IMG/VR virus record: IMGVR_UViG_2974628631_000001
Coordinates: 32,001 to 96,000 of that record
Source of the DNA: a virus
Lineage: Duplodnaviria > Caudoviricetes
Reading direction: 5' to 3' (one strand)
Length of the DNA stretch: 64,000 nucleotides
The position numbers and the translations under genes were made by a program. Below are positions 30,324 through 38,694 of the stretch, one piece after another. The notes under the pieces are model-generated. The model made no database searches. It was not told where the DNA came from and saw nothing but the letters and a program-made list of their open reading frames with translations. Positions within the stretch are counted from its first letter, which is position 1; every line of letters starts with the position of its first letter.

Positions 30324-32135
30324 ATGAATCTAGACTTTAACGACCTACTGAATATGCTCGATGGAGAGGACTTTGAAGAGCGTCCTGTCTCCATCGAAGA
30401 ATTCGTACAGTCGGAAGACTATTTGAACCTTCCTACACTGTCCGAGAATCAGTACAAGCTTATCAAGGCAAGCAGCCAGATTTACAAGAAGACAACACTA
30501 GTTGCTCTTTATGGTGAGCTGGAGGCAGAAAAGCGCTTTGCAGAAACAATGAACGAGGTTATCTTCCAGCTTGGAAAGGGTTCTGGTAAGGGATACACAT
30601 CCTCTATTGCCTGTGCCTACATCGTTTATCTGCTCATGTGTCTAAAGGACCCGGCCAAATATTATGGCAAGCCACCTGGTGACCACATCGCTATTCTGAA
30701 CATTGCTATTAACGCCGCACAGGCTCAGAACGTCTTCTTCAAGTACTTCAAGCAGCGCATTACCTCAAGCCCATGGTTTGCAGGTAAGTACACCGAGAAG
30801 GCTGGAGAATTCCAGTTCGACAAGAATGTATTTGTTTACTCAGGTCACTCAGAGCGTGAGGCTTGGGAGGGTTACAATGTAATCTTCGTTATCCTTGACG
30901 AGATTTCCGGTTTCGCTCTGGATTCAACTTCAGGTAATGAGCAGGCAAAGACAGCTTCGGCAGTTTACAAGATGTACAAGCAGTCTGTCACTTCTCGATT
31001 CCCTGAATTCGGTAAGGTAGTTCTCCTGTCGTTCCCACGATTCAAGAACGACTTTATCCAGCAGCGCTATGCAGATGTTATTGCTGAGAAGGAAACAATT
31101 ACACGCACATACCGTTTCAAGGTAAACCCGGACCTTCCTGAGAATACGGAAGGAAATGAATTCGATATCGAGTGGGAAGAAGACCACATCATTTCCTATC
31201 GGATTCCTAAGGTGTTTGCTCTCAAGCGGCCAACATGGGAAATCAATCCTCTCATCAAGCTTGACGACCTGATGGCAGCGTTCTACGATGACCCCATCGA
31301 CTCGCTGTCTCGTTTCGCCTGTATGCCACCTGACGCCATTGACGCGTTCTTCAAGGACCGTGCCAAGATTGAGTCAGCCTTTTCCTCACAGTCCTCTCTA
31401 AAGGAGGACAACAGCTTCCGCCCGGACTTTATTCCGAACCCTGAGAAAAGGTACTACGTCCACGTGGACCTTGCCCGAGTGCACGACCATGCGGCGGTTG
31501 CTCTGGCTCACGTGGAAAAGTGGGAGCAGAGAAATATCGGCGGTAACTTGACAGAGCCAGCACCCGTAGTTATCGTGGACCAGGTTCGTTATTGGACCCC
31601 TAGCAAGACAAAGAACGTAGACTTTACAGAGATTCGTGAATATATCCTGAGCCTCAAGAGGCGCGGGTTCAATATTCGTCTCGTCACGTTTGACCGCTGG
31701 GAGTCTGCTGACACCATGCAGTACCTCAACGACCGTGGACTCAGGGCAGAGCGTCTGTCTGTGGCAAAGAAGCACTATGAAGACTTTGCCATGGTTATTG
31801 CCGAGCAGAGAGTTGTAGGTCCAAAGATTGAGCTATTGATTGAAGAGCTTTTGCAGCTTCGTATCATGAATAACGACAAGGTAGACCACCCTAGAAAGGG
31901 AAGTAAGGACTTGTCCGATGCGGTTTGTGGGGCTATCTTCAACGCAATTGCACATACTCCACGAAACCTTGATGAAACAATTGAAGTCAAGACATTGGAG
32001 TCAGTCCATAGAGAAGTAAGGCAGAACAAGCTAGATAAATATGAGCAGATGAAGGCAGATGGTGTCATTCGTGCACCTAAGCGACAGATGCCACAGGAGC
32101 TTGAAGATTTTCTTGCCAGAATCTCTACCATCTGA
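30324..32135 (+). CDS. terL: terminase large subunit
   Basis: GKGSGKG Walker A, ILDE Walker B, HVDLA, FDRW, KDLSDA nuclease motifs. Confidence 0.9.
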   Translation: MNLDFNDLLNMLDGEDFEERPVSIEEFVQSEDYLNLPTLSENQYKLIKASSQIYKKTTLVALYGELEAEKRFAETMNEVIFQLGKGSGKGYTSSIACAYIVYLLMCLKDPAKYYGKPPGDHIAILNIAINAAQAQNVFFKYFKQRITSSPWFAGKYTEKAGEFQFDKNVFVYSGHSEREAWEGYNVIFVILDEISGFALDSTSGNEQAKTASAVYKMYKQSVTSRFPEFGKVVLLSFPRFKNDFIQQRYADVIAEKETITRTYRFKVNPDLPENTEGNEFDIEWEEDHIISYRIPKVFALKRPTWEINPLIKLDDLMAAFYDDPIDSLSRFACMPPDAIDAFFKDRAKIESAFSSQSSLKEDNSFRPDFIPNPEKRYYVHVDLARVHDHAAVALAHVEKWEQRNIGGNLTEPAPVVIVDQVRYWTPSKTKNVDFTEIREYILSLKRRGFNIRLVTFDRWESADTMQYLNDRGLRAERLSVAKKHYEDFAMVIAEQRVVGPKIELLIEELLQLRIMNNDKVDHPRKGSKDLSDAVCGAIFNAIAHTPRNLDETIEVKTLESVHREVRQNKLDKYEQMKADGVIRAPKRQMPQELEDFLARISTI

Positions 32136-32138
32136 GGC

Positions 32139-32167
32139 TTGACACGGGACATAGGTCCCGTTAGACT
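32139..32167 (+). promoter_or_regulatory. sigma70/HrdB-type promoter
   Basis: TTGACA-17-TAGACT. Confidence 0.7.
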
Positions 32168-32199
32168 AGAAAAAGATTAAAACAATTAGTAGCAAAGAG

Positions 32200-32448
32200 A
32201 TGAAGATTACTCTAGTAGATTCTAATGAAGTATGTAAGTGTGTAGGGAAGCACATCCCGAAGCCAACCAAACTCTATCGAATTGATTATTCGGGCGGGTT
32301 TGTCTTCGTGTGCCCCACAGCCTACTTGAATCTGGTATCCTTGGAAGAAGAGTATGTGAAGCATGATGGTCTTCCGCCTGGTTCAGTAAGGAAACACTTC
32401 TCAGAGTTTACTCATGAACTGTACAGACTAATGACTCGTTCAGCTTGA
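32200..32448 (+). CDS. hypothetical protein
   Basis: ORF after promoter. Confidence 0.5.
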   Translation: MKITLVDSNEVCKCVGKHIPKPTKLYRIDYSGGFVFVCPTAYLNLVSLEEEYVKHDGLPPGSVRKHFSEFTHELYRLMTRSA

Positions 32449-32501
32449 CAGTTGCACAGCCTGCCGGGTTATGGTAGACTGAAATCACAGGTTGAACACA
32501 A

Positions 32502-32575
32502 GTGGGTATGGGAAAGTTTGGTAATCCGTCTGCTTTGGGAGCAGAAGAACGTCGGTTCAAATCCGGCTGCCCGCA
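32502..32575 (+). tRNA. tRNA-Pro(TGG), atypical acceptor
   Basis: Cloverleaf; TCTGC-TTTGGGA-GCAGA; GGTTCAAATCC. Confidence 0.8.
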
Positions 32576-32652
32576 CGTGAGGTTTTAGGTTTGCCCTCTC
32601 TGGAGCAAGGACACAACATCCATTCAGTTGGACCAGAGGAAAACCTAGCTAT

Positions 32653-32727
32653 CGGGATGTAGCTCAGCTTGGTCAGAGCGCGCGGTTTGGGACCGTGAAG
32701 TCGTAGGTTCGAATCCTATCATCCCGA
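32653..32727 (+). tRNA. tRNA-Pro(TGG)
   Basis: Canonical cloverleaf CGGGATG/CATCCCG. Confidence 0.92.
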
Positions 32728-32762
32728 CTTCCTGAATAAAATGCCATGCAAAGGAAAGTCTA

Positions 32763-33281
32763 ATGAATGACATAATGACGCGTGAGGAAATCATCCTTGC
32801 GCTTGAGGCTAGAGATGGTTTAAACTGTTTCTTGTGTAAGGAACCATTCTCAAAGGATGTAAACAGTCCTTTGTTTGAGGTGACTATTGACCACTGGTAT
32901 CCACAGTCTATTGCTTTTGCAGAGGGTTGGACGTATGATGAGGTCAATGCAATCTCAAACTTGAGAAAGGCGCACAGACCTTGTAACGCAAATAAGGGTG
33001 ACCTAGTTCCGAATCCTGATGGTACTCTTCCACAGAGGCCAGTCAAGGAAAGAACGATTAGGCTTCCGCGTCCAGTGTCATGCGACACCTGCATGAATGG
33101 TAGAATTCTTCTACTTGGAGAAATTTGCCCGGATTGTAGTTCTGGACCACAACCCAGAGCATTCCCTAAGACTCTTCAGAAGACTCCAAAGGAATGTGAC
33201 CACAGTAGTTATCACTGTTGGATGTGCGTCATCGGCCACATTCCACGAAAGTCTGCACTTCAGACGATAATTACTGGCTGA
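32763..33281 (+). CDS. HNH endonuclease
   Basis: RDGLNCFLC..TIDHWYP..NLRKAHRPCNANKG. Confidence 0.85.
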   Translation: MNDIMTREEIILALEARDGLNCFLCKEPFSKDVNSPLFEVTIDHWYPQSIAFAEGWTYDEVNAISNLRKAHRPCNANKGDLVPNPDGTLPQRPVKERTIRLPRPVSCDTCMNGRILLLGEICPDCSSGPQPRAFPKTLQKTPKECDHSSYHCWMCVIGHIPRKSALQTIITG

Positions 33282-33383
33282 GCTTGACACCCCAGTCGTC
33301 AAGTAGTAACATGGTAGTACGCCCAAGGGGACCGGCGAATTTATCCCCCGCAGTTACATCTCTGCGATAGCAAAAGATGGCAA

Positions 33384-33454
33384 TGCTCCGTCGTATAACG
33401 GCAATACATTCGGCTCTGGACCGAAGAATTGAGGTTCGAATCCTTGCGGGGCAG
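33384..33454 (+). tRNA. tRNA-Gln(CTG)
   Basis: TTCGG-CTCTGGA-CCGAA. Confidence 0.9.
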
Positions 33455-33616
33455 CAAAGTCAAGTGCGACGGTACTTGACGGGAGTGGCGGAACGCCTTA
33501 CTATGGAGGTAACGCACATCGGGGCCTAACCAGCCGGTTGATAACCAAACTGATGGTCTAGACTAACGGAGTACATAGAGGTCTAGTGCCGGAAAACTTA
33601 ATCCGGTCTCCCACAT

Positions 33617-33690
33617 ATTCCAGAGCGTAGGTTGTGCCAGTCGGTCTCCAAAACCGTACTGCGAGAGTTCGAATCTCTCCTGGTTTGCCA
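33617..33690 (+). tRNA. tRNA-Trp(CCA), degenerate D-arm/acceptor
   Basis: CGGT-CTCCAAA-ACCG, T-arm GAGAGTTCGAATCTCTC, ends GCCA. Confidence 0.6.
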
Positions 33691-33712
33691 ATACACCCTA
33701 GGAGGTGCTAGA

Positions 33713-33802
33713 GTGTTGATGAAGTTGAAGATGTTGCTTCACAAGTTCCGCCCGGTAGTTGATAAGCTACTGAGCAGATGGTACACTAGAAAAACAAAGT
33801 AA
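33713..33802 (+). CDS. 29-aa basic amphipathic microprotein
   Basis: GGAGG RBS; MLMKLKMLLHKFRPVVDKLLSRWYTRKTK. Confidence 0.45.
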   Translation: MLMKLKMLLHKFRPVVDKLLSRWYTRKTK

Positions 33803-33809
33803 AAAACTT

Positions 33810-33881
33810 TTCGGGTCGGATGTAAACGGTTATCTTTCAATTTGGTGAATACAATATCCCGTTTACAACAACACATCCGAA
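33810..33881 (+). ncRNA. Y-RNA-like RNA 1 (minimal)
   Basis: TCGGGT/ATCCGA terminal stem; GTCGGATG motif; TGTAAACGG/CCGTTTACA stem; GGTTATCT. Confidence 0.7.
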
Positions 33882-33885
33882 TCAT

Positions 33886-33960
33886 TGGGGTATAGCTCGG
33901 TCTGGTTAGAGCAATCGTCTGATAAGCGATAGGTCGTGGGTTCAAATCCCACTGCCCCAA
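33886..33960 (+). tRNA. tRNA-Ile(GAT)
   Basis: ATCGT-CTGATAA-GCGAT. Confidence 0.9.
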
Positions 33961-33964
33961 CTGT

Positions 33965-34097
33965 GTGGGTCGAATGTTATCGGTTATCTTCCAAACAGCG
34001 GGTTATAGGTTCGAATCCTATCCTGGGCTTTCATGTCCAGGTAGCTCAATGGGTAGAGCAGCAGTCCTTTAAACACGATAGCAACAAACATATCCAC
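33965..34097 (+). ncRNA. YrlA-type Y RNA (circularly permuted tRNA-like domain)
   Basis: GTCGAATG motif; T-arm ATAGGTTCGAATCCTAT, then loop-closed acceptor CCTGGGC/GTCCAGG, then D-arm TAGCTCAATGGGTAGAGC. Confidence 0.82.
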
Positions 34098-34103
34098 CAA
34101 GCT

Positions 34104-34246
34104 TGCGGGTCGGAGACATTCGGTTATCTTTGATTCCAATACTATCAGAATTCCGGTTCGACTCCGGATTGTGGACGAATGGGAGTGGGTCCCAGCTAGT
34201 GTGATAGCTAGTTAGTCTACACCTTCCGATGTCATGTATATCCGCA
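34104..34246 (+). ncRNA. Y-RNA-like RNA 3
   Basis: TGCGGGT/ATCCGCA ends; GACATTCGG/CCGATGTC; GGTTATCT; internal T-arm TCCGGTTCGACTCCGGA. Confidence 0.7.
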
Positions 34247-34252
34247 TATAAT

Positions 34253-34339
34253 GGAGGTTCAAGCCGATTGGCGACGGCACTTGTCTTGAAAACAAACGAG
34301 GTGTGAAAGCCCTTGGGGGTTCGACTCCCCCAGCCTCCG
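34253..34339 (+). tRNA. tRNA-Ser(TGA)
   Basis: Loop CTTGAAA; long variable arm. Confidence 0.88.
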
Positions 34340-34361
34340 CTTCCTAGTACTAAGGAGTAAA

Positions 34362-34547
34362 ATGACTGAGACAGAAAATGTCGGTCCTTCTTCCTATCAG
34401 CTAGCAATCATCCTTGCGCTTCAAAGCAAGCATGTGTATGCTAACACTGTAAGTTACGAAGAGATTGCACGACGACGTAAGGCAAGCAAGCGGGCGCGAC
34501 TTCAGCGCAGAACAAACAGAAGGCTTGACACGACACGTCGCTCGTGA
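34362..34547 (+). CDS. small basic protein
   Basis: AAGGAG RBS. Confidence 0.55.
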   Translation: MTETENVGPSSYQLAIILALQSKHVYANTVSYEEIARRRKASKRARLQRRTNRRLDTTRRS

Positions 34548-34633
34548 TAAGGTTTTAACAGAACAACAGATGGTCGGCAAGCAGGTAAGTGAGGAACACA
34601 GGAGCTTGAGCCACAACCCCTCCGCCATCACAT

Positions 34634-34706
34634 GCGTCGTTAGTTCAGCGGTCAGAGCACTGCCCTGTCAAGGCAGAAGTCGCGGGTTCGAATCCCGTAC
34701 GGCGCG
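34634..34706 (+). tRNA. tRNA-Asp(GTC)
   Basis: CTGCC-CTGTCAA-GGCAG. Confidence 0.92.
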
Positions 34707-34744
34707 CATATATAATGTAACTGTTGCCTAGTGATTGGAATAAA

Positions 34745-34948
34745 ATGGCACGTGTTAAGAAGTTTGACCTTGTTGCCCTTGACAAGGACGGCTGGTTCTC
34801 TGCTAAGGTTAGTGGAAAGTTCCGGGGTCTGGTTGAAAAGACAGGTCGAAGCAACTATACTCTCCACCTTGGCAAGGGTGACGTGACCAACTTCAATACG
34901 AAGAAGGCACTTGAGACTTGGCTCACGAACAAGTGGGCAACTAACTAA
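34745..34948 (+). CDS. hypothetical protein
   Basis: ATG 34745; phage-like codon usage. Confidence 0.55.
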   Translation: MARVKKFDLVALDKDGWFSAKVSGKFRGLVEKTGRSNYTLHLGKGDVTNFNTKKALETWLTNKWATN

Positions 34949-34962
34949 ATACTTATAGCGTT

Positions 34963-35020
34963 CGGGTCGGAGGCTTTCGTTTATCATCGGAGAATAAGAC
35001 GATTGTCAACCACATATCCG
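34963..35020 (+). ncRNA. Y-RNA-like RNA 4 (minimal)
   Basis: CGGGTCGGAG..CGTTTATC...CACATATCCG. Confidence 0.6.
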
Positions 35021-35048
35021 CTCTCTAACTTCTAGGCCCTAACAATTT

Positions 35049-35214
35049 CGGGTCGGATGTTCCTCGGTTATCTAAATTATACTGTGAATATAAAGGTGTC
35101 GGTTCGAATCCGGCCGGAAGCGCAATGGTAGACTGTACAATCTGCCAAGTCACTGTAGTTTAAGTGTGGGAATAAAACATCCGTCCTAGGATAAGGATAT
35201 GCACACGCGACCCG
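35049..35214 (+). ncRNA. Y-RNA-like RNA 5 (extended tRNA-like domain)
   Basis: CGGGTCG/CGACCCG ends; CGGTTATCT; T-arm GTCGGTTCGAATCCGGC; D-like TAGTTTAAGTGTGGGAATAAAAC. Confidence 0.65.
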
Positions 35215-35228
35215 TGCCAGTGACGCTT

Positions 35229-35301
35229 GCCCCTGTAGTTCAATGGATAGAGCGACTGCCTTCTAAGCAGTAAGTTGCAGGTTCGAATCCTGTCGGGGGT
35301 A
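35229..35301 (+). tRNA. tRNA-Arg(TCT)
   Basis: ACTGC-CTTCTAA-GCAGT. Confidence 0.92.
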
Positions 35302-35631
35302 CTTTATGAAAGACAAAATGCTTCGTAAAAGGTCTTCTTGGAGAACTTGGACCAGAACATATGGTTCTGAGCAGAAGAGGAATAACCGCGCATTTGAAAA
35401 GAAGCAATGGAGAAAAGAGTGGCTGAGCGAAAGCTGACAGTATACTTTGAATCAAGCGATGACATTGATGAAGACGAGTTCTTTGAATATGTTCATCGCT
35501 TTTTCTGTAAGAATCCCAACGACCCTGATGTAGATAATTGCAGGCTTTACGCGATGACTGCTCAAAGTGTAGTTGAGGAAGAAGAGTAAGCGTGCTATGA
35601 TTGGGCTAACAAAGCCAAAGTAGGAGGCAAG

Positions 35632-36237
35632 TTGCCTAAGAGGAAATTCTTCTACGATACCGAATTCCATGAAGACGGAAAGACGATTGACCTTATTTCA
35701 ATCGGCATTGTCCGTGGTGATGGAAAAGAATATTATGCGGTATCTTCAGAAGCAGATTATCGCCGGATTTATGAGAATAGTTGGCTCATGAATCATGTTA
35801 TGAATACTATTCCGCATGTAGTTGTGGAGGTTCCCAATGATGGTGGATTCACCATTGTTCCAACAGGGCCGGATGTAAAGACTCGTGCTCAAATTAGAGA
35901 AGACATCATCAACTTTGTTGGAGAGAGTCAAGACGTTTTCAATGACCCTCATGGTGAGGCAAAGGCTGAGCTTTGGGCTTGGTATGCTGATTACGACCAT
36001 GTAGCATTGTGTCAGCTCTTTGGTAAGATGATTGATTTGCCTGAGGGATTCCCTATGTTTACAAGGGACCTGAGACAGCATTGGGAGTATTGTGGCTATC
36101 CTGAACTTCCACGTCAGGATGATGGCGAACACAACGCGCTTGACGATGCCAGACATAATCTGGTAATGTGGAAGTACATGGAGGAGCACTGCAAGCAATA
36201 TGGAAACACACGTTTTCTCGGTAATGCTTCAAGTTGA
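35632..36237 (+). CDS. 3'-5' exoribonuclease (RNase AS/Rv2179c-like DEDDh)
   Basis: FYDTEFHEDGKTIDLISIGIV, WAWYADYDHV.LCQL.G.M..LP, HNALDDARHN. Confidence 0.85.
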   Translation: MPKRKFFYDTEFHEDGKTIDLISIGIVRGDGKEYYAVSSEADYRRIYENSWLMNHVMNTIPHVVVEVPNDGGFTIVPTGPDVKTRAQIREDIINFVGESQDVFNDPHGEAKAELWAWYADYDHVALCQLFGKMIDLPEGFPMFTRDLRQHWEYCGYPELPRQDDGEHNALDDARHNLVMWKYMEEHCKQYGNTRFLGNASS

Positions 36238-36326
36238 GGTAGAAGCACCATCTGAGGATGATGCTCGTGAAGCCATCAGAGATTGCTTCGGAGAGGGTAG
36301 CAACTGTGGTGCGAACGTGGTAGAGT

Positions 36327-36548
36327 ATGAGGTGCTTGACCATGCTAGACTTGACTGACATCGAAAATCGCGGGGTTACGTTCAAAAAGTTCTGTGGACT
36401 TGATGCCGAAGATGGTGTAGGATGTACAGAAGAAGCGGTAGGAGACATCACTGCTGAACTAGAAGATGGAGTTAAGATTCCAGTTCCAGTGTGTGAAGGT
36501 CATCTACAAGAACTCATCGCTGCTTACAATGTTGAGCAAGTGAGTTGA
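36327..36548 (+). CDS. small zinc-binding protein
   Basis: C...C...VCEGH. Confidence 0.5.
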   Translation: MRCLTMLDLTDIENRGVTFKKFCGLDAEDGVGCTEEAVGDITAELEDGVKIPVPVCEGHLQELIAAYNVEQVS

Positions 36549-36585
36549 CAGCGGTATGAACTCTTGCTATGATAGAAGAGTTCCT

Positions 36586-36658
36586 GGGGGTGTAGCTCCA
36601 ATGGTAGAGCAACAGCTTTGCAAGCTGAAGGCTGTCGGTTCGAATCCGACCATCTCCA
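36586..36658 (+). tRNA. tRNA-Ala(TGC)
   Basis: G3:U70 pair; loop TTTGCAA. Confidence 0.9.
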
Positions 36659-36692
36659 CTGACCATATTTGGTCTACAAAGGGGGTGTACAC

Positions 36693-36752
36693 ATGTTGTA
36701 CACACTACTAGTAATCTTGGTAATCATCGTTATCTTGATGCTTATCTTCTAA
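36693..36752 (+). CDS. 19-aa hydrophobic microprotein
   Basis: MLYTLLVILVIIVILMLIF; AAAGGGGG upstream. Confidence 0.5.
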   Translation: MLYTLLVILVIIVILMLIF

Positions 36753-36761
36753 GGAGGTAAG

Positions 36762-36851
36762 ATGAGAGGCAGCGATGTAGTATGGACGATTGCAGGAGTA
36801 CTCTTTGCGATTGCTCTAATCGTCTGGCTTGCGGATAACGTAAGCCTTTGA
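36762..36851 (+). CDS. 29-aa single-TM microprotein
   Basis: MRGSDVVWTIAGVLFAIALIVWLADNVSL; AAGGAGGT RBS. Confidence 0.6.
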   Translation: MRGSDVVWTIAGVLFAIALIVWLADNVSL

Positions 36852-36958
36852 TAGAGTAAAGCTCACGAACCTAGGTCGCCTCTGATACAAGCCGCCTATC
36901 AAGTTGTAGTGCACTACGCTTGACGCTCCAGTCCTGAGTCGGGTAAAATGGACAACAT

Positions 36959-37031
36959 GCTCCGGTAGCTCAGTTGGTAGAGCAGTTGACTCTTAATCAT
37001 CAGGTCCTCGGTTCAAGTCCGAGTCGGAGTA
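36959..37031 (+). tRNA. tRNA-Lys(CTT)
   Basis: Loop CTCTTAA. Confidence 0.9.
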
Positions 37032-37056
37032 CGTATAGTATAATAACCCATAAAAC

Positions 37057-37090
37057 ACCCCAGTTGGTTTCCGGCTGGGGTTTTATCTTT
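37057..37090 (+). terminator. intrinsic terminator
   Basis: CCCCAG..CTGGGG followed by TTTTATCTTT. Confidence 0.65.
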
Positions 37091-37102
37091 AAAGGAGAAA
37101 AC

Positions 37103-37906
37103 ATGTTCGGTCGTCGTAAGGCTGCTTTCGTTCCCGACAACACCAAGCGAGTTCTGAAGACTGTCAAGGTTGTTAAGCGAGACCCTTCTACCGCTGCGGC
37201 CCCCGTTGACCTTATCAAGAAGGTTGGGGTTTCTTTTGAAAAGAAGGTCGAGTCTGCGGTCAATCTGAACAAGAACGTCAGTGGCCCTTCTCGTGGAGTC
37301 GTCTGGAATGTCATCGGTCTGCTTGACGAGTCTTACTCTATGGACCCCTTCTTCTATGATGGTACGGTTCAGGAGATTGTTGACCGTGTGCTTGCATGGT
37401 CTGCGTCGGTTGATGCTGATGGCCTGGTGCCTTTCGGCGGGTTTGCTAACAGCCACGTTTGGCACGGTGACGTTGACCTGACGAACGTTAATAACGTCGT
37501 TGCTACAAATGGATGGTCCCCCTGGGGTGGAACCAACCTTGCTGACTCTCTCAAGGCTATCCTTGACATGGTTAAGGATATGGGAGATGCTTGGCAGGAA
37601 AACCCCATCCTTCTGTTCATCGTGACGGATGGTATGCCTCAGAATCAGGCTCTTGTTAAGCAGTACATTCAGGAGCTTTCTCAGTACCCTGTCTTTATCA
37701 AGATTCTGCGGGTGGGTAGTGACCCTGGTGCCAAGGCTTTTGTTGAAGACCTTGACAACATGGTCGGTGGTCGCCTGGTGGATAATGTTGAGGCTCCGGA
37801 TGATGGTCTCCGCAAGGGGATGTCTGACGATAAGTTCAACGCTGCTATGATTAACGACATGGACAAGTACATCAACGACGCAACTGCGGCGGGTCTCCTT
37901 CAGTGA
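37103..37906 (+). CDS. vWA domain protein (TerF/ter-associated vWA-like)
   Basis: MIDAS DESYS, GGTN, FIVTDG, DN motifs; AAGGAG RBS. Confidence 0.8.
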   Translation: MFGRRKAAFVPDNTKRVLKTVKVVKRDPSTAAAPVDLIKKVGVSFEKKVESAVNLNKNVSGPSRGVVWNVIGLLDESYSMDPFFYDGTVQEIVDRVLAWSASVDADGLVPFGGFANSHVWHGDVDLTNVNNVVATNGWSPWGGTNLADSLKAILDMVKDMGDAWQENPILLFIVTDGMPQNQALVKQYIQELSQYPVFIKILRVGSDPGAKAFVEDLDNMVGGRLVDNVEAPDDGLRKGMSDDKFNAAMINDMDKYINDATAAGLLQ

Positions 37907-38146
37907 ACGAACGACTTGACGACATGGTTGAAGCATGGCATACTTCAGGTGAAGAGGAAACACGCTCTCTACAAGAGTACCTTGACATGAATGATGCGGA
38001 GTTTCAGATTTGGGTAGTAACTGCGAAGTTGACAGACTCCTACCTTGACAGACATCCTGAGATGATGTAAGATATAAGAACAAGGTCGCAGGGATACAAC
38101 GCGAGATTCGCTCCGGGTATGTATCTTAAAAGTAAGCTGCGATTAT

Positions 38147-38219
38147 GGCTCGGTGGTGAAATTGGTTATCACGCCTCCCTCATAAGGAAGTATTTCGGGT
38201 TCGAGTCCCGGCTGAGCTA
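38147..38219 (+). tRNA. tRNA-Met/Ile2(CAT)
   Basis: Loop CTCATAA. Confidence 0.85.
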
Positions 38220-38220
38220 C

Positions 38221-38293
38221 TGCGCGGTAGTGGAGTTAGGTTCCACGTGGGGCTCATAACCCTAAGACGCCGGTTCGAATCCGGCCTGCGCCA
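38221..38293 (+). tRNA. initiator tRNA-fMet(CAT)
   Basis: 1:72 mismatch; GGG/CCC anticodon stem. Confidence 0.82.
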
Positions 38294-38314
38294 CTATTTA
38301 CAATAGGAGAGTAT

Positions 38315-38629
38315 TTGTCTTACATTGGAGCAGCCCAGCAGACTTCTGGAGAACAGCCATATTTTCTCGCTCCAGGATTTCTGTTTGGTGATATCATTGA
38401 CGTAGACTTTGACAACAAGGTCTTCAAGGTGAGATTTAGAATTCTATCCTCTCAGAATGAGGATGGGAATTCAGATGGTATTACTACATATGAGGTAAAT
38501 GAGACACATATGGTTGGTGAGGTTTCATTCCATAATCTTACAAATGCCGGTGTCTTTCTTCAGTCTCGTCTAGGAGTAGACGAAACAGTTAGTGTTCCAG
38601 AATTTACGTGGACACCACCAGTTTCCTGA
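38315..38629 (+). CDS. hypothetical protein
   Basis: AGGAG RBS, TTG start. Confidence 0.6.
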   Translation: MSYIGAAQQTSGEQPYFLAPGFLFGDIIDVDFDNKVFKVRFRILSSQNEDGNSDGITTYEVNETHMVGEVSFHNLTNAGVFLQSRLGVDETVSVPEFTWTPPVS

Positions 38630-38694
38630 TTGGATGAAATGATTAGAGACGGTTAAATCCTTCTACTGTCAAAAGTAGAAGGAGGTGTTGAAAA

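Noticed and set aside
11929-32135. Inteins or introns in dnaB, dnaE, recA or terL
   Set aside because: Lengths are normal, with no C...HN splice motifs or frame breaks seen.
33810-35214. Repeated GGGTCGGA...GGTTATC units as a CRISPR array (a Cas4-like gene is present)
   Set aside because: Repeats are degenerate, irregularly spaced, interleaved with tRNAs and pair with their own 3' ends. There is no cas1/cas2, and solo Cas4 is common in phages.
36974-37102. N-terminal extension of the vWA ORF
   Set aside because: It runs through tRNA-Lys and a terminator; the real start is 37103 with an RBS.
37103-37906. Ro60/TROVE call
   Set aside because: Too short and lacks the helical TROVE domain; vWA only.
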